Source of the DNA: an uncultured Mycoplasmatota bacterium
Lineage (GTDB): Bacteria; Bacillota_I; Bacilli_A; RF39; UBA660
Length of the DNA: 64,000 nt
NCBI GenBank assembly: GCA_900551525.1
Contig: URWD01000002.1
Span: 1,152-65,151, forward strand
Direction of reading: 5' to 3'
Position 1 is the first letter of the stretch. Each line of letters begins with the position of its first letter. Below are positions 46,043 to 54,983 of this stretch, one piece after another. The translations under genes and the position numbers were made by a program. The notes under the pieces are model-generated. The model was not told where the DNA came from and made no database searches. It saw only the letters and a program-made list of their open reading frames with translations.

Positions 46043-46052
46043 TAAAAGAGGT
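45614..46052. repeat. 439-nt direct repeat, copy 2
   Basis: See 44384-44822. The offset is exactly 1230 nt. Confidence 0.95.
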
Positions 46053-46102
46053 CATTTTTAGCAAAAAAATGCTAGATTTGACTTTTTTTTAGTTAACATT
46101 TG

Positions 46103-46150
46103 TGATATAATTTAACTATCAGTTTTAAGTGGGCAGGAAATCCCACTTTT
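46103..46150 (+). promoter_or_regulatory. Extended -10 promoter candidate followed by a leader hairpin/terminator upstream of rimP-nusA
   Basis: TGaTATAAT lies at 46103-46111. Stem AAGTGGG (46127-46133) pairs with CCCACTT (46142-46148), with an 8-nt loop, followed by TTTTATTATT. Confidence 0.4.
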
Positions 46151-46172
46151 ATTATTAGTTATGGAGGTGTTT

Positions 46173-46427
46173 ATGAAACTAGTATTAGACAAACTTAAAA
46201 TTGATTTACAAGAGGCTTTTGAAAAGACAGACATAATTGTTGATGACATAACTTTTGAAGAAAAAGGAAAATATAAGTTTTTAACAGTAACTTTAGATAA
46301 AATCGGAGGTATTGATTTAGAAACCATAGTTGAAGCCACCAAAGTTGTAAATGAAGTAGTGGATAAAGCCGATATAACAGATGATAGCTACATATTAGAT
46401 GTAGTAAGTAAAGAAAGAGGAGAGTAA
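46173..46427 (+). CDS. rimP: Ribosome maturation factor RimP, N-terminal domain only
   Basis: RBS GGAGGTG 46163-46169 precedes ATG 46173. FLTVTLDKIGGIDLETIVEATKVVNEVVDKADITDDSYILDVVS matches the RimP N-domain. The ORF stops 2 nt before nusA, so there is no room for the C-terminal domain. Confidence 0.6.
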   Translation: MKLVLDKLKIDLQEAFEKTDIIVDDITFEEKGKYKFLTVTLDKIGGIDLETIVEATKVVNEVVDKADITDDSYILDVVSKERGE

Positions 46428-46429
46428 AA

Positions 46430-47557
46430 ATGAGTAAACAACAATCAAGTGGAAGTGAATTAATTAAGGCATTAAATGTTTTAGTAGAAGAAAAAAACAT
46501 AAGCCCAGATGTAGTATTTGAAGCTTTACAATTAGCCCTTCAAACTGCATACAAGAAAAATTTTAATTCCAAGACAAATGTTAGAGTAGACATCAATCGT
46601 GAAACTGGAGATATCAAAGTATATTCATATTACGTTGTAGTTCCTGAAATAAAAGAAGCAGAACTAGTGGAAGATGAAGAAGGAAATATTACTAGAATAG
46701 AACCAGAAATTAATCGTGATGCTCAAATACTTTTGGAAGATGCCCAAAAGAAGGTGCCAAATATCAAAGTTGGTGAAACAATTGAAGAAGAAGTAACACC
46801 TAAAGATTTTGGTAGAGTAGCAGCAGGAACAGCAAAACAAGTTGTAATGCAAAAAATAAGAGAAGCAGAAAAAAACAGTGTAATTGAAGAATTTTCTGAT
46901 AAACAAGATGAATTAATGATTGGTATGGTAGCAATGGAAGACCAAAATAACTACTATATTGATTTAGGTAGAACCAGAGGAATACTTCCAAAAAGAGAAA
47001 CAATACCAGGTGAACAAATCATAATGGGTTCAAATATTAAAGTATATGTTAGTAAAGTTGAAAGTGGACCAAAAGGACCAATCATCAAATTATCAAGAAA
47101 TAATTATGGATTTGTTAAAAGATTATTTGAACATGAAATACCAGAAGTTGCAAATGGCACAATCGTAATTGCTGGTGTAGCTAGAGAACCTGGTATTAGA
47201 ACAAAAATTGCTTTATATTCAATTAATGATAGAATAGATGCAATAGGTTCATGTATCGGTGAACGTGGTTCAAGAATAGCTGGCATTTTAAAAGAACTAA
47301 AAGGTGAAAAAGTAGATTTAGTTTTATATAGTGAAGATGCAGCAGAATATATAAAAAATGCTATGACACCAGCAAAAGATGTTATAGTATCAATACCAGA
47401 TGCTGAAGTAAGAAATGCTCTAGTTATTGTGGGTAGTGATAACTTATCAGCAGCTATAGGTAAAAAGGGAAGCAATATTAAATTAGCTAGTAAACTAACC
47501 AAATATCATTTAGAAATTAAGACCATGGAAGAAATACAACAAGCAGGAAACAAATAA
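46430..47557 (+). CDS. nusA: Transcription termination/antitermination factor NusA
   Basis: It has the NusA N-terminal domain, an S1 domain (MIGMVAMEDQNNYYIDLG) and two KH domains (GACIGERGSRI-like CIGERGSRIAGI; AIGKKGSNIKLA). Confidence 0.95.
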   Translation: MSKQQSSGSELIKALNVLVEEKNISPDVVFEALQLALQTAYKKNFNSKTNVRVDINRETGDIKVYSYYVVVPEIKEAELVEDEEGNITRIEPEINRDAQILLEDAQKKVPNIKVGETIEEEVTPKDFGRVAAGTAKQVVMQKIREAEKNSVIEEFSDKQDELMIGMVAMEDQNNYYIDLGRTRGILPKRETIPGEQIIMGSNIKVYVSKVESGPKGPIIKLSRNNYGFVKRLFEHEIPEVANGTIVIAGVAREPGIRTKIALYSINDRIDAIGSCIGERGSRIAGILKELKGEKVDLVLYSEDAAEYIKNAMTPAKDVIVSIPDAEVRNALVIVGSDNLSAAIGKKGSNIKLASKLTKYHLEIKTMEEIQQAGNK

Positions 47558-47814
47558 TGAAAAAAATACCAATGCGTTCTTGTATCATTACTAAAGAAAA
47601 GCTACCAAAAAAAGAATTAATCAGAGTAGTTAGAACCCCTGAAGGAGAAATAGTAATTGATGAAATAGGAAAAGCAAATGGCCGTGGAGCTTATTTAAAA
47701 AAAGATATTGAGGTTATAAAAAAAGCTAAAAATAATAAAGTATTAAATAGAGTACTTGAAGTAGAAGTGCCCGATTCTATTTACGAAAAATTAGAAGAAA
47801 TAGTACAAAAATAA
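47557..47814 (+). CDS. ylxR: YlxR/RnpM-family RNA-binding protein (DUF448)
   Basis: TAATG overlap with nusA. Motifs are PMRSCIITKEKLPKKELIRVV and GRGAYL. Confidence 0.8.
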   Translation: MKKIPMRSCIITKEKLPKKELIRVVRTPEGEIVIDEIGKANGRGAYLKKDIEVIKKAKNNKVLNRVLEVEVPDSIYEKLEEIVQK

Positions 47815-47831
47815 CGAAAGGTTGTGATTAA

Positions 47832-49940
47832 ATGAAAGTATCAGAATATGCAAATGATGTAAATTTATCTGTAGCAGAAATCCTAAAAAAATGTCATGAA
47901 CTAGCAATAAATGTTAATACAAAAGATGACTATTTAACAGATGATGATATCATAATGCTAGATAACACTATTAATTTAATTAGTACGGATGAAGAAATTA
48001 CTTACGAAGAAGAGGAAGATATCGAAGATAAAGTAGATGAAATAATGACATCTTCAAAAGTAGATAAAACAATGAAAGAAAGCGTAAGTAAAGAAAAACT
48101 TAAGAAAAAAGATGCCAATAAACAAGAATTTAACATGTTAAAGAAAGAAATGTACAAGCATAAAAATAAGCTTATGAAAAATGAAGCTGATGAAAACGTT
48201 GTGCTTTACAAAAATGGCATGAGTGTTAGTGAATTTGCTAGCGTTTTAAATGTTGGTGGAGCAGAAATCATTAAAAAATTAATGGAAAATGGTTTAATGT
48301 TAAGCTTGAATCAACCAATAGATTTTGAAAATGCAGAAATTATAGCACTTGACTATAATAAAACTTTAAAAAGAGAAGAAACACAAGATGTTACTAATTT
48401 TGAAGAATATGAAATAATAGATAAAGAAGAAGATTTAGTAAAAAGACCACCAATAGTAACTATAATGGGCCATGTTGACCATGGTAAAACAACACTTCTT
48501 GACTATATAAGAAATACACATGTAGTTGATAAAGAATTTGGCGGAATTACACAACATATTGGAGCTTATCAAACTAAATACAAAGATGAACTTATAACAT
48601 TTATTGATACACCAGGCCATGCAGCTTTTACAGAAATGCGTGCCAGAGGTGCATCAGTTACAGATATCGTAATTATAATAGTTGCAGCTGATGATGGTGT
48701 AAAACCACAAACGAAAGAAGCAGTGGATCATGCGTTAAGTGCAAAAGTTCCAATTATTGTTGCAGTTAACAAAATTGATAAACCAGATGCAAACATTGAT
48801 AGAGTTTTAACAGAAATGGCTGAAATAGGCATAACACCGGAAAGTTGGGGTGGAGATATTCCATTTATAAATATATCTGCTCACACAGGTGAAGGAATTG
48901 ATTTACTTCTTGAAACAATTCTTACAATTGCTGAAGTAGGTGAGTTAAAGGCCAATCCAAATCGTTATGCAGTCGGAGCAGTTATTGAGTCAAGACTTGA
49001 TAAAAATGTTGGGGGTATTGCATCATTCTTAATTCAAAACGGAACACTTAGAATTGGTGACCCAATTGTTGTTGGAACAAGTTATGCTAAAGTAAGAACT
49101 ATGAAAAACGATCGTGGTGAATCAATCGTTGAAGCTGGACCATCAACACCAGTTGAAATAACAGGTTTAACTGAAAATCCATCTGCAGGTGATAAATTTA
49201 TGGCTTTCGAAACAGAAGCAGAAGCAAAATCTGTAGCAGAAAAAAGAAAAGATGCTGCTAAAATGAATGCTGGTAAAGATAAAAAAGTATCACTTGATGA
49301 TTTATTTGCATCTGTTGATGCTGGAAATAAAGAAATTAATGTAGTTTTAAAAGCTGATGTTCGTGGTTCTGAAGAAGCAGTAAAAAATGCTTTAGAAAAA
49401 ATCAAAGAACAAGATGTTTCTGTTAAAGTAATAAGAAGTGGTATTGGTGCCATCACTGAATCAGATGTAGTTTTAGCTAGTGCATCAAATGCCATTATTA
49501 TTGGATTTAACGTTGTAGCATCTTCAAGTGCCAAAGATATAGCCAAAGATAATAATATTGATATAAGATTATATACAATTATTTACAAGTTAGTTGAAGA
49601 TATTGAAGCTGCTATAAATGGTATGTTAGACCCAGAATTTGAAGAAAAAATACTTGGTGAAGCCGAAATTAGAAAAATATTCAAATTTTCTAAAATTGGT
49701 AACATTGCAGGTTCATATATTACAAATGGTATAGTTAAAAATGGCGCTCTTGCTCGTGTTATACGTGATGGTGTAGTAATTGCTAGTGACGAAAAAATAG
49801 CATCTCTTCAAAGAGAAAAAGACACAGTTAAAGAAGTTAAAAAAGGTTTTGAATGTGGTATTACCTTAGAAAAATTTAATGATTTCAAAGAAGGCGACAC
49901 TATCGAAGCTTATGAAATGATCGAGGTAAAACATGCCTAA
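47832..49940 (+). CDS. infB: Translation initiation factor IF-2
   Basis: G-domain motifs are [17 protein letters not shown] and NKIDK, and the C-terminal domains are conserved. Confidence 0.95.
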   Translation: MKVSEYANDVNLSVAEILKKCHELAINVNTKDDYLTDDDIIMLDNTINLISTDEEITYEEEEDIEDKVDEIMTSSKVDKTMKESVSKEKLKKKDANKQEFNMLKKEMYKHKNKLMKNEADENVVLYKNGMSVSEFASVLNVGGAEIIKKLMENGLMLSLNQPIDFENAEIIALDYNKTLKREETQDVTNFEEYEIIDKEEDLVKRPPIVTIMGHVDHGKTTLLDYIRNTHVVDKEFGGITQHIGAYQTKYKDELITFIDTPGHAAFTEMRARGASVTDIVIIIVAADDGVKPQTKEAVDHALSAKVPIIVAVNKIDKPDANIDRVLTEMAEIGITPESWGGDIPFINISAHTGEGIDLLLETILTIAEVGELKANPNRYAVGAVIESRLDKNVGGIASFLIQNGTLRIGDPIVVGTSYAKVRTMKNDRGESIVEAGPSTPVEITGLTENPSAGDKFMAFETEAEAKSVAEKRKDAAKMNAGKDKKVSLDDLFASVDAGNKEINVVLKADVRGSEEAVKNALEKIKEQDVSVKVIRSGIGAITESDVVLASASNAIIIGFNVVASSSAKDIAKDNNIDIRLYTIIYKLVEDIEAAINGMLDPEFEEKILGEAEIRKIFKFSKIGNIAGSYITNGIVKNGALARVIRDGVVIASDEKIASLQREKDTVKEVKKGFECGITLEKFNDFKEGDTIEAYEMIEVKHA

Positions 49941-50277
49941 GTATAAGATTGCTAGAATAGCAAGTGATATTCAAAGATATCTTGGTGATATTTTAATAAA
50001 TGAAGTAAACGATGAAATTTTAAAGCATATAACTATAACAGGCTGTGATTTAACAAATGATTTAAGTTATTGTAAAGTATATTTTACTTCATTTGACAAT
50101 TTAGATATTAAATCTTTAGAAAAAGAAGTTAACGAAGCAGCACCATTTATACGTGGAAAACTTAGTGAAAAATTAGAAATCAGACATACACCAGAATTAA
50201 AATTTGTATTTGATAAATCAATAGCTTATGGGGAAAAAATAGAAGCAATAATAAAGTCAATAGACAAGGGGGAATAA
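49933..50277 (+). CDS. rbfA: Ribosome-binding factor A
   Basis: It overlaps the infB end by 8 nt. Sequence: RIASDIQRYLGDIL...ITITGCDLTNDLSYCKVYF...IRHTPELKFVFD. Confidence 0.85.
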   Translation: MPKYKIARIASDIQRYLGDILINEVNDEILKHITITGCDLTNDLSYCKVYFTSFDNLDIKSLEKEVNEAAPFIRGKLSEKLEIRHTPELKFVFDKSIAYGEKIEAIIKSIDKGE

Positions 50278-50278
50278 G

Positions 50279-50857
50279 ATGATAACTTTAGTAAAAAAAA
50301 TACCTGCTGCATACGAAAATGCAGTTCTTGAAAGATATTATAAATTTTACCAATTTCTAAATTGTGAAAGAGATATTTTAAACAAAAATCTTAGATTCAC
50401 AATGGATGAAAGTAAACTAACTGACAAAGAATTATACAACAAATCATTTATGGATTCTAGAAAAACAATAAAGAATGAAAATTACAATTTCTCTTTCTTA
50501 TTATCATTTGATTGTGAAGAAAGGTTAGTAGCAGTAACAAGAATTTATATAACTAAAACACGTGTTAACGTATGTGATATGGTTTATTTAAATTATCCAG
50601 ATATAGCAGAAAAATTAATGTTACTAAATGAAATTATTCAAAAAGTTGAAGAAATTGCTAGTTTAAGTGGTCAAGAAATTGATTTTGAAATTCCAATTAA
50701 TGATACAGCTGCTATGAGTTTTGCTACAACATGTGGTTTTGAACAACTAACAGGAGAAAAGGAATCATATAGAACTTTAGTATTTATCAAGCAAATAGAA
50801 AAGAGAGAAATAGATGGACAAACTCTTAGTCGTAAACAAGGAAAAGAATCTAACTAG
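50279..50857 (+). CDS. Hypothetical protein, possibly GNAT-like
   Basis: A 192-aa ORF whose C-terminus ...FEIPINDTAAMSFATTCGFEQ resembles a GNAT tail. It is wedged between rbfA and truB. Confidence 0.4.
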   Translation: MITLVKKIPAAYENAVLERYYKFYQFLNCERDILNKNLRFTMDESKLTDKELYNKSFMDSRKTIKNENYNFSFLLSFDCEERLVAVTRIYITKTRVNVCDMVYLNYPDIAEKLMLLNEIIQKVEEIASLSGQEIDFEIPINDTAAMSFATTCGFEQLTGEKESYRTLVFIKQIEKREIDGQTLSRKQGKESN

Positions 50858-51653
50858 TAGAGATATAGTTAATAATTTAACAAAAATATTTAATACCAAA
50901 AAAATAGGTCATACAGGCACTTTGGATCCAATTGCAACTGGAGTACTTGTATGCCTTTTTGGTAAATACACCAAACTAGTGGATTTACTAACATCTCTAG
51001 ACAAAGAATATATTGCAGAAATAAAGTTAGGAATTAAAACTGACACTGGTGATATAACAGGTTCTATAATAGAAAATAAAAAATATAACATTACTAAAGA
51101 AGAAATTATAAAAGTATTTGAGAAATTTCCACAAAAATATGAACAAACAGTGCCAAAATATTCAGCAGTAAAAATAAATGGTAAGAAACTATATGAATAT
51201 GCAAGAAATAATATTGAAATTGAATTACCAAAACGTGAAGTAAGTATATTTTCTCTTGAGTTAATAGATTATGAAAAAGATATAATTAAATTTAAAACTC
51301 ATGTTTCAAAAGGAACATACATTAGAAGTTTAATTGAAGATATATGTGAAAAATTAGGTACTATAGGTACAATGAATAATCTTATAAGAACTAAGCAAGG
51401 AGGTTTTGATATAGAAGATTCATTTATACTAGATGATATAAAAAATGGTAACTTTAAATTTCAAAACATTCATGAATTTTTAAAATATCCAAGTATAGAA
51501 ATAAATGATGAATTAATTAAAATTATAAAAAATGGTGGAAGAATTAAAAATATTTATAATGTTCAAGATAAAGTAATATTTACATATCAAGGTGAAGATA
51601 TAGCAATATATGAAACAAATAATGAAACTTTAAAACCATACATAATGTTTTAA
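50814..51653 (+). CDS. truB: tRNA pseudouridine(55) synthase
   Basis: Motifs are VNKEKNLTSRDIV and GHTGTLDPIATGVLV. The start overlaps the upstream ORF by 44 nt. Confidence 0.9.
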   Translation: MDKLLVVNKEKNLTSRDIVNNLTKIFNTKKIGHTGTLDPIATGVLVCLFGKYTKLVDLLTSLDKEYIAEIKLGIKTDTGDITGSIIENKKYNITKEEIIKVFEKFPQKYEQTVPKYSAVKINGKKLYEYARNNIEIELPKREVSIFSLELIDYEKDIIKFKTHVSKGTYIRSLIEDICEKLGTIGTMNNLIRTKQGGFDIEDSFILDDIKNGNFKFQNIHEFLKYPSIEINDELIKIIKNGGRIKNIYNVQDKVIFTYQGEDIAIYETNNETLKPYIMF

Positions 51654-51748
51654 AGTTTTTGTTTGAAAAATTTTTTTCTTCACAAACTAATATAAAACAA
51701 TTGTATATAAAATAAAACTATGTTAATATAAAAAGATGGAGGTAACTT

Positions 51749-54700
51749 ATGCAAATAGATAATATTGAAGAACTAATTAATAAAACAAATATTACAGCAT
51801 TTGTCCATACATCCGATATAGTAGCAGGCAAAACATATGATGTTAGTAAAATTTCATTTTTAAATAAAAAAGAAAATTATAATGAAAATGGTAAAGTAAC
51901 TCACTATTGGTACGAAGTAGATGATGAAGAAAAGCCAACATATTACGATGTTATGGTTTCAATTGAAAACAATAAAAAAATATTAAGAACAGCATGTGAT
52001 TGTAAAAATTTCCGAAGCATAAGAAGTTGCAAACACATTGCTGCAGTAATATTAAATAATTATGAAGAAATGTTTGGTAAAATGTTTATTAACATTCCAA
52101 AGATATCAAGTAGTATATTAGAAAAATTTATTACGAGTGAAGAAAACATTATTAAAAAAGAGTTAACTGTTAATTTGATAATTAACGTTACAGAAAGAAA
52201 AAGCAATTATTACTACTATTATAATTCTATAGAATGCACCGTAAAAATACTTATCGGAGATGAAAAATTATATACTCTAGGAAATCATGCAAGTGCTTTT
52301 AAAAGTGTATATGAATCCGGAGAAGGTGAAGTTTATTTTGGCAAAAGTTTTACATATAATCCTCAAAAATATTATTTAAGTAGTGATGCAGAAACAATTT
52401 TAAAAGCTTATTATAATACTTTTGATGATGGAGGATATAATTATATCAATACATCATCTTTAAAAAAATTTTTAAATAAACTAAAAAATATAAAATTTGT
52501 TATTAACAATTATGAAGTTGATGGCATTAGTGAATACTTTCCAATTGATACAAATTTAATAAAGAAAAATGAAACTTATGAATTAGATTTTGATTTAGAA
52601 AACATAGAAAACTTAATAGAAAAAGATTATGAATACATATTTTACAAAGGAAAGCTATATCATTTAAATGCCAAAGAACAAGAATTAATCGAAGATTTAA
52701 AACAGAATGAATTAGATAAACTAATAATATCTAAGGATAAATTAGACCTATTTAACAAAGGTCTTCTTAAAGTAGTTAGAAAAAAATTAAAAATAGATTC
52801 CTCCGTTGATGATATAGTTTTACCAAGTATTATTAAAGCAAAACTTTATTTTGATATTAGAAATGAATATATAATTTCTAATATAGTATTTAATTATGAT
52901 GATAAAGAAATAGATTACTTTAATAAATCAAATGAAATACTACGAGATATAAATTTTGAAACGAGTGTCTTAAATGATGTTGGCAAATATGGTTTTATAC
53001 TTGAAAAAGATAAACTAGTTTTACGAGATATAGAACAAGAAGTAGAATTTTTAGAAAATGGTCTTGAACAACTTGCTACCAAATACGAAATATTCACAAC
53101 TGAAAAATTTAAAAATATTAAAATTAAAAAGAAAACATCTGTATCATCAATGTTTGGCATAGGTCAAGACAATATATTAAGTTATAACTTTAATTTAGGT
53201 GATATTAATAGTAGTGAACTAGTAAGTATATTTGATAGTATTAAAGATAAGAAAAAATATTATCGTCTTAAAAATGGTGATATTATAAATCTTGAAGATG
53301 AATCACTGCAAGAACTAAACAATTTAACTGAAGAATTAGAACTAACTGACGAAGAAATAATAAATGGCAAAGGAAGTATATTAAAATATCGTGCTATTTA
53401 TTTAGATAGTTTAAAGAAAACAAAATATTCAATTATTTCCACAGACAATTTATTTGACAACTTTATAAAAAACTTTTATGAATATAAAGATAGTAATTTG
53501 AGTTTAGAAGATACAAGTATCTTACGTGATTATCAACTAACCGGAGTAAAATGGCTATACAATTTAGCTAAAACAGGTTTCGGTGGTATTTTAGCAGATG
53601 AAATGGGACTAGGTAAAACAATTCAAGTCATCTATTATATAAAACAAATGTTAAAAGATAATCCTACATCTAAATTTTTAATAGTGGTTCCAACATCACT
53701 TGCATACAACTGGGAACATGAGTTTGATAGTTTTGCAAGCCAAATAAAAAAAGCAATTTGCATAGGTTCAAAAGAAAAAAGAAAACATATTTTAAAAGAT
53801 TTAAATAAAATAAATGTAATAATCACTACATATGGCTTATTACGTGAAGATGAAGAAATTTATGAAAATTTAAATTTTAATACCATGATAATTGATGAAG
53901 CTCAAAATATTAAAAATAATCATGCTGGTATTACAAAAGTAGTAAAAAGCATAAAAGCAGAAACAAAATTTGCTTTAACAGGTACTCCGCTTGAAAACTC
54001 AATACTTGAATTATGGAGTATATTTGATTTTATTATGCCAGGTTATTTAGCAAATTTAACTAAATTTCAAAGTAAATATAAAATTAAAGATTTTGATGAA
54101 GATAGTGAAATATTAATTAAAGGTTTAAGCAAACAAATTAATCCATTTATTCTAAGAAGAAAGAAAAGTGATGTTGTTAAAGAACTTCCTGAAAAATTAA
54201 TAAATGACATATACATTGATTTAAAAGATGAACAAAAGAAACTATATGTTGCAGAACTAAACAGAGTAAAAGAAGAAATGGATAAGATTATTAAAGAAGA
54301 GGGAATGAATAAAGCCAGATTTTTAATTCTTCAGTTACTTACTAAATTAAGACAAATTTGTATAGACCCAAGTATCGTATATGATAACTATACTGATGGT
54401 TCAAATAAAATTGAACAGTTGGAAAATATTGTAAGTGAATATACAAAAAACAATCATAAAGTATTAATATTTTCATCATTTAAAACTGCTTTAAACATAG
54501 TTAAAGAAAAATTAAATAATGCCAAAATAAAAACTTATATGATTGATGGATCAGTACCAGCCAAAACTAGAATAGAAATGGTAGATAATTTCAATGAAAA
54601 TGATGATATAAAAGTATTTTTAATAATGTTAAAATCCGGAGGAACAGGATTAAATCTAGCATCAGCAGATGTTGTCATTCACTTAGATTTATGGTGGAAT

Positions 54701-54937
54701 CCTCAAGCTGAAAATCAAGCAACAGATAGAGCCCACCGAATAGGTCAAACCAACACAGTTGAAGTAATTCATTTAATAACCAAAGGAACTATTGAAGAAA
54801 AAATATTAGAACTTCAAAATAAAAAGCGAATATTAAGTGATAAATTAATAGATGGAGAGATAAGAGATAAAAATATTATATCAGAACTTACCAAGGAAGA
54901 TATTGAGAAGTTATTATCGTATGAAAATAGAGAATAA
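51749..54937 (+). CDS. SWIM zinc-finger / SNF2-family helicase (YwqA/RapA-like)
   Basis: RBS GGAGG precedes the start. The SWIM motif is CDCKNFRSIRSCKHIAAV. SNF2 motifs are LADEMGLGKT, DEAQNIKN, TGTPLEN and QATDRAHRIGQ. Confidence 0.85.
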   Translation: MQIDNIEELINKTNITAFVHTSDIVAGKTYDVSKISFLNKKENYNENGKVTHYWYEVDDEEKPTYYDVMVSIENNKKILRTACDCKNFRSIRSCKHIAAVILNNYEEMFGKMFINIPKISSSILEKFITSEENIIKKELTVNLIINVTERKSNYYYYYNSIECTVKILIGDEKLYTLGNHASAFKSVYESGEGEVYFGKSFTYNPQKYYLSSDAETILKAYYNTFDDGGYNYINTSSLKKFLNKLKNIKFVINNYEVDGISEYFPIDTNLIKKNETYELDFDLENIENLIEKDYEYIFYKGKLYHLNAKEQELIEDLKQNELDKLIISKDKLDLFNKGLLKVVRKKLKIDSSVDDIVLPSIIKAKLYFDIRNEYIISNIVFNYDDKEIDYFNKSNEILRDINFETSVLNDVGKYGFILEKDKLVLRDIEQEVEFLENGLEQLATKYEIFTTEKFKNIKIKKKTSVSSMFGIGQDNILSYNFNLGDINSSELVSIFDSIKDKKKYYRLKNGDIINLEDESLQELNNLTEELELTDEEIINGKGSILKYRAIYLDSLKKTKYSIISTDNLFDNFIKNFYEYKDSNLSLEDTSILRDYQLTGVKWLYNLAKTGFGGILADEMGLGKTIQVIYYIKQMLKDNPTSKFLIVVPTSLAYNWEHEFDSFASQIKKAICIGSKEKRKHILKDLNKINVIITTYGLLREDEEIYENLNFNTMIIDEAQNIKNNHAGITKVVKSIKAETKFALTGTPLENSILELWSIFDFIMPGYLANLTKFQSKYKIKDFDEDSEILIKGLSKQINPFILRRKKSDVVKELPEKLINDIYIDLKDEQKKLYVAELNRVKEEMDKIIKEEGMNKARFLILQLLTKLRQICIDPSIVYDNYTDGSNKIEQLENIVSEYTKNNHKVLIFSSFKTALNIVKEKLNNAKIKTYMIDGSVPAKTRIEMVDNFNENDDIKVFLIMLKSGGTGLNLASADVVIHLDLWWNPQAENQATDRAHRIGQTNTVEVIHLITKGTIEEKILELQNKKRILSDKLIDGEIRDKNIISELTKEDIEKLLSYENRE

Positions 54938-54983
54938 AAAAAGAAATGTTAATTTAGTTCTCGAACTAAATGCATTTCTTTTT
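54938..54983. terminator. Long bidirectional hairpin between convergent genes
   Basis: The outer stem pairs AAAAAGAAATG (54938-54948) with CATTTCTTTTT (54973-54983). The inner stem pairs ATTTAGTT (54952-54959) with AACTAAAT (54964-54971). Confidence 0.65.

Noticed and set aside
47104-49546. Long antisense ORFs inside nusA (47104-47502) and infB (49082-49546)
   Set aside because: They are shadow ORFs of highly conserved genes, with no start context and no motifs.
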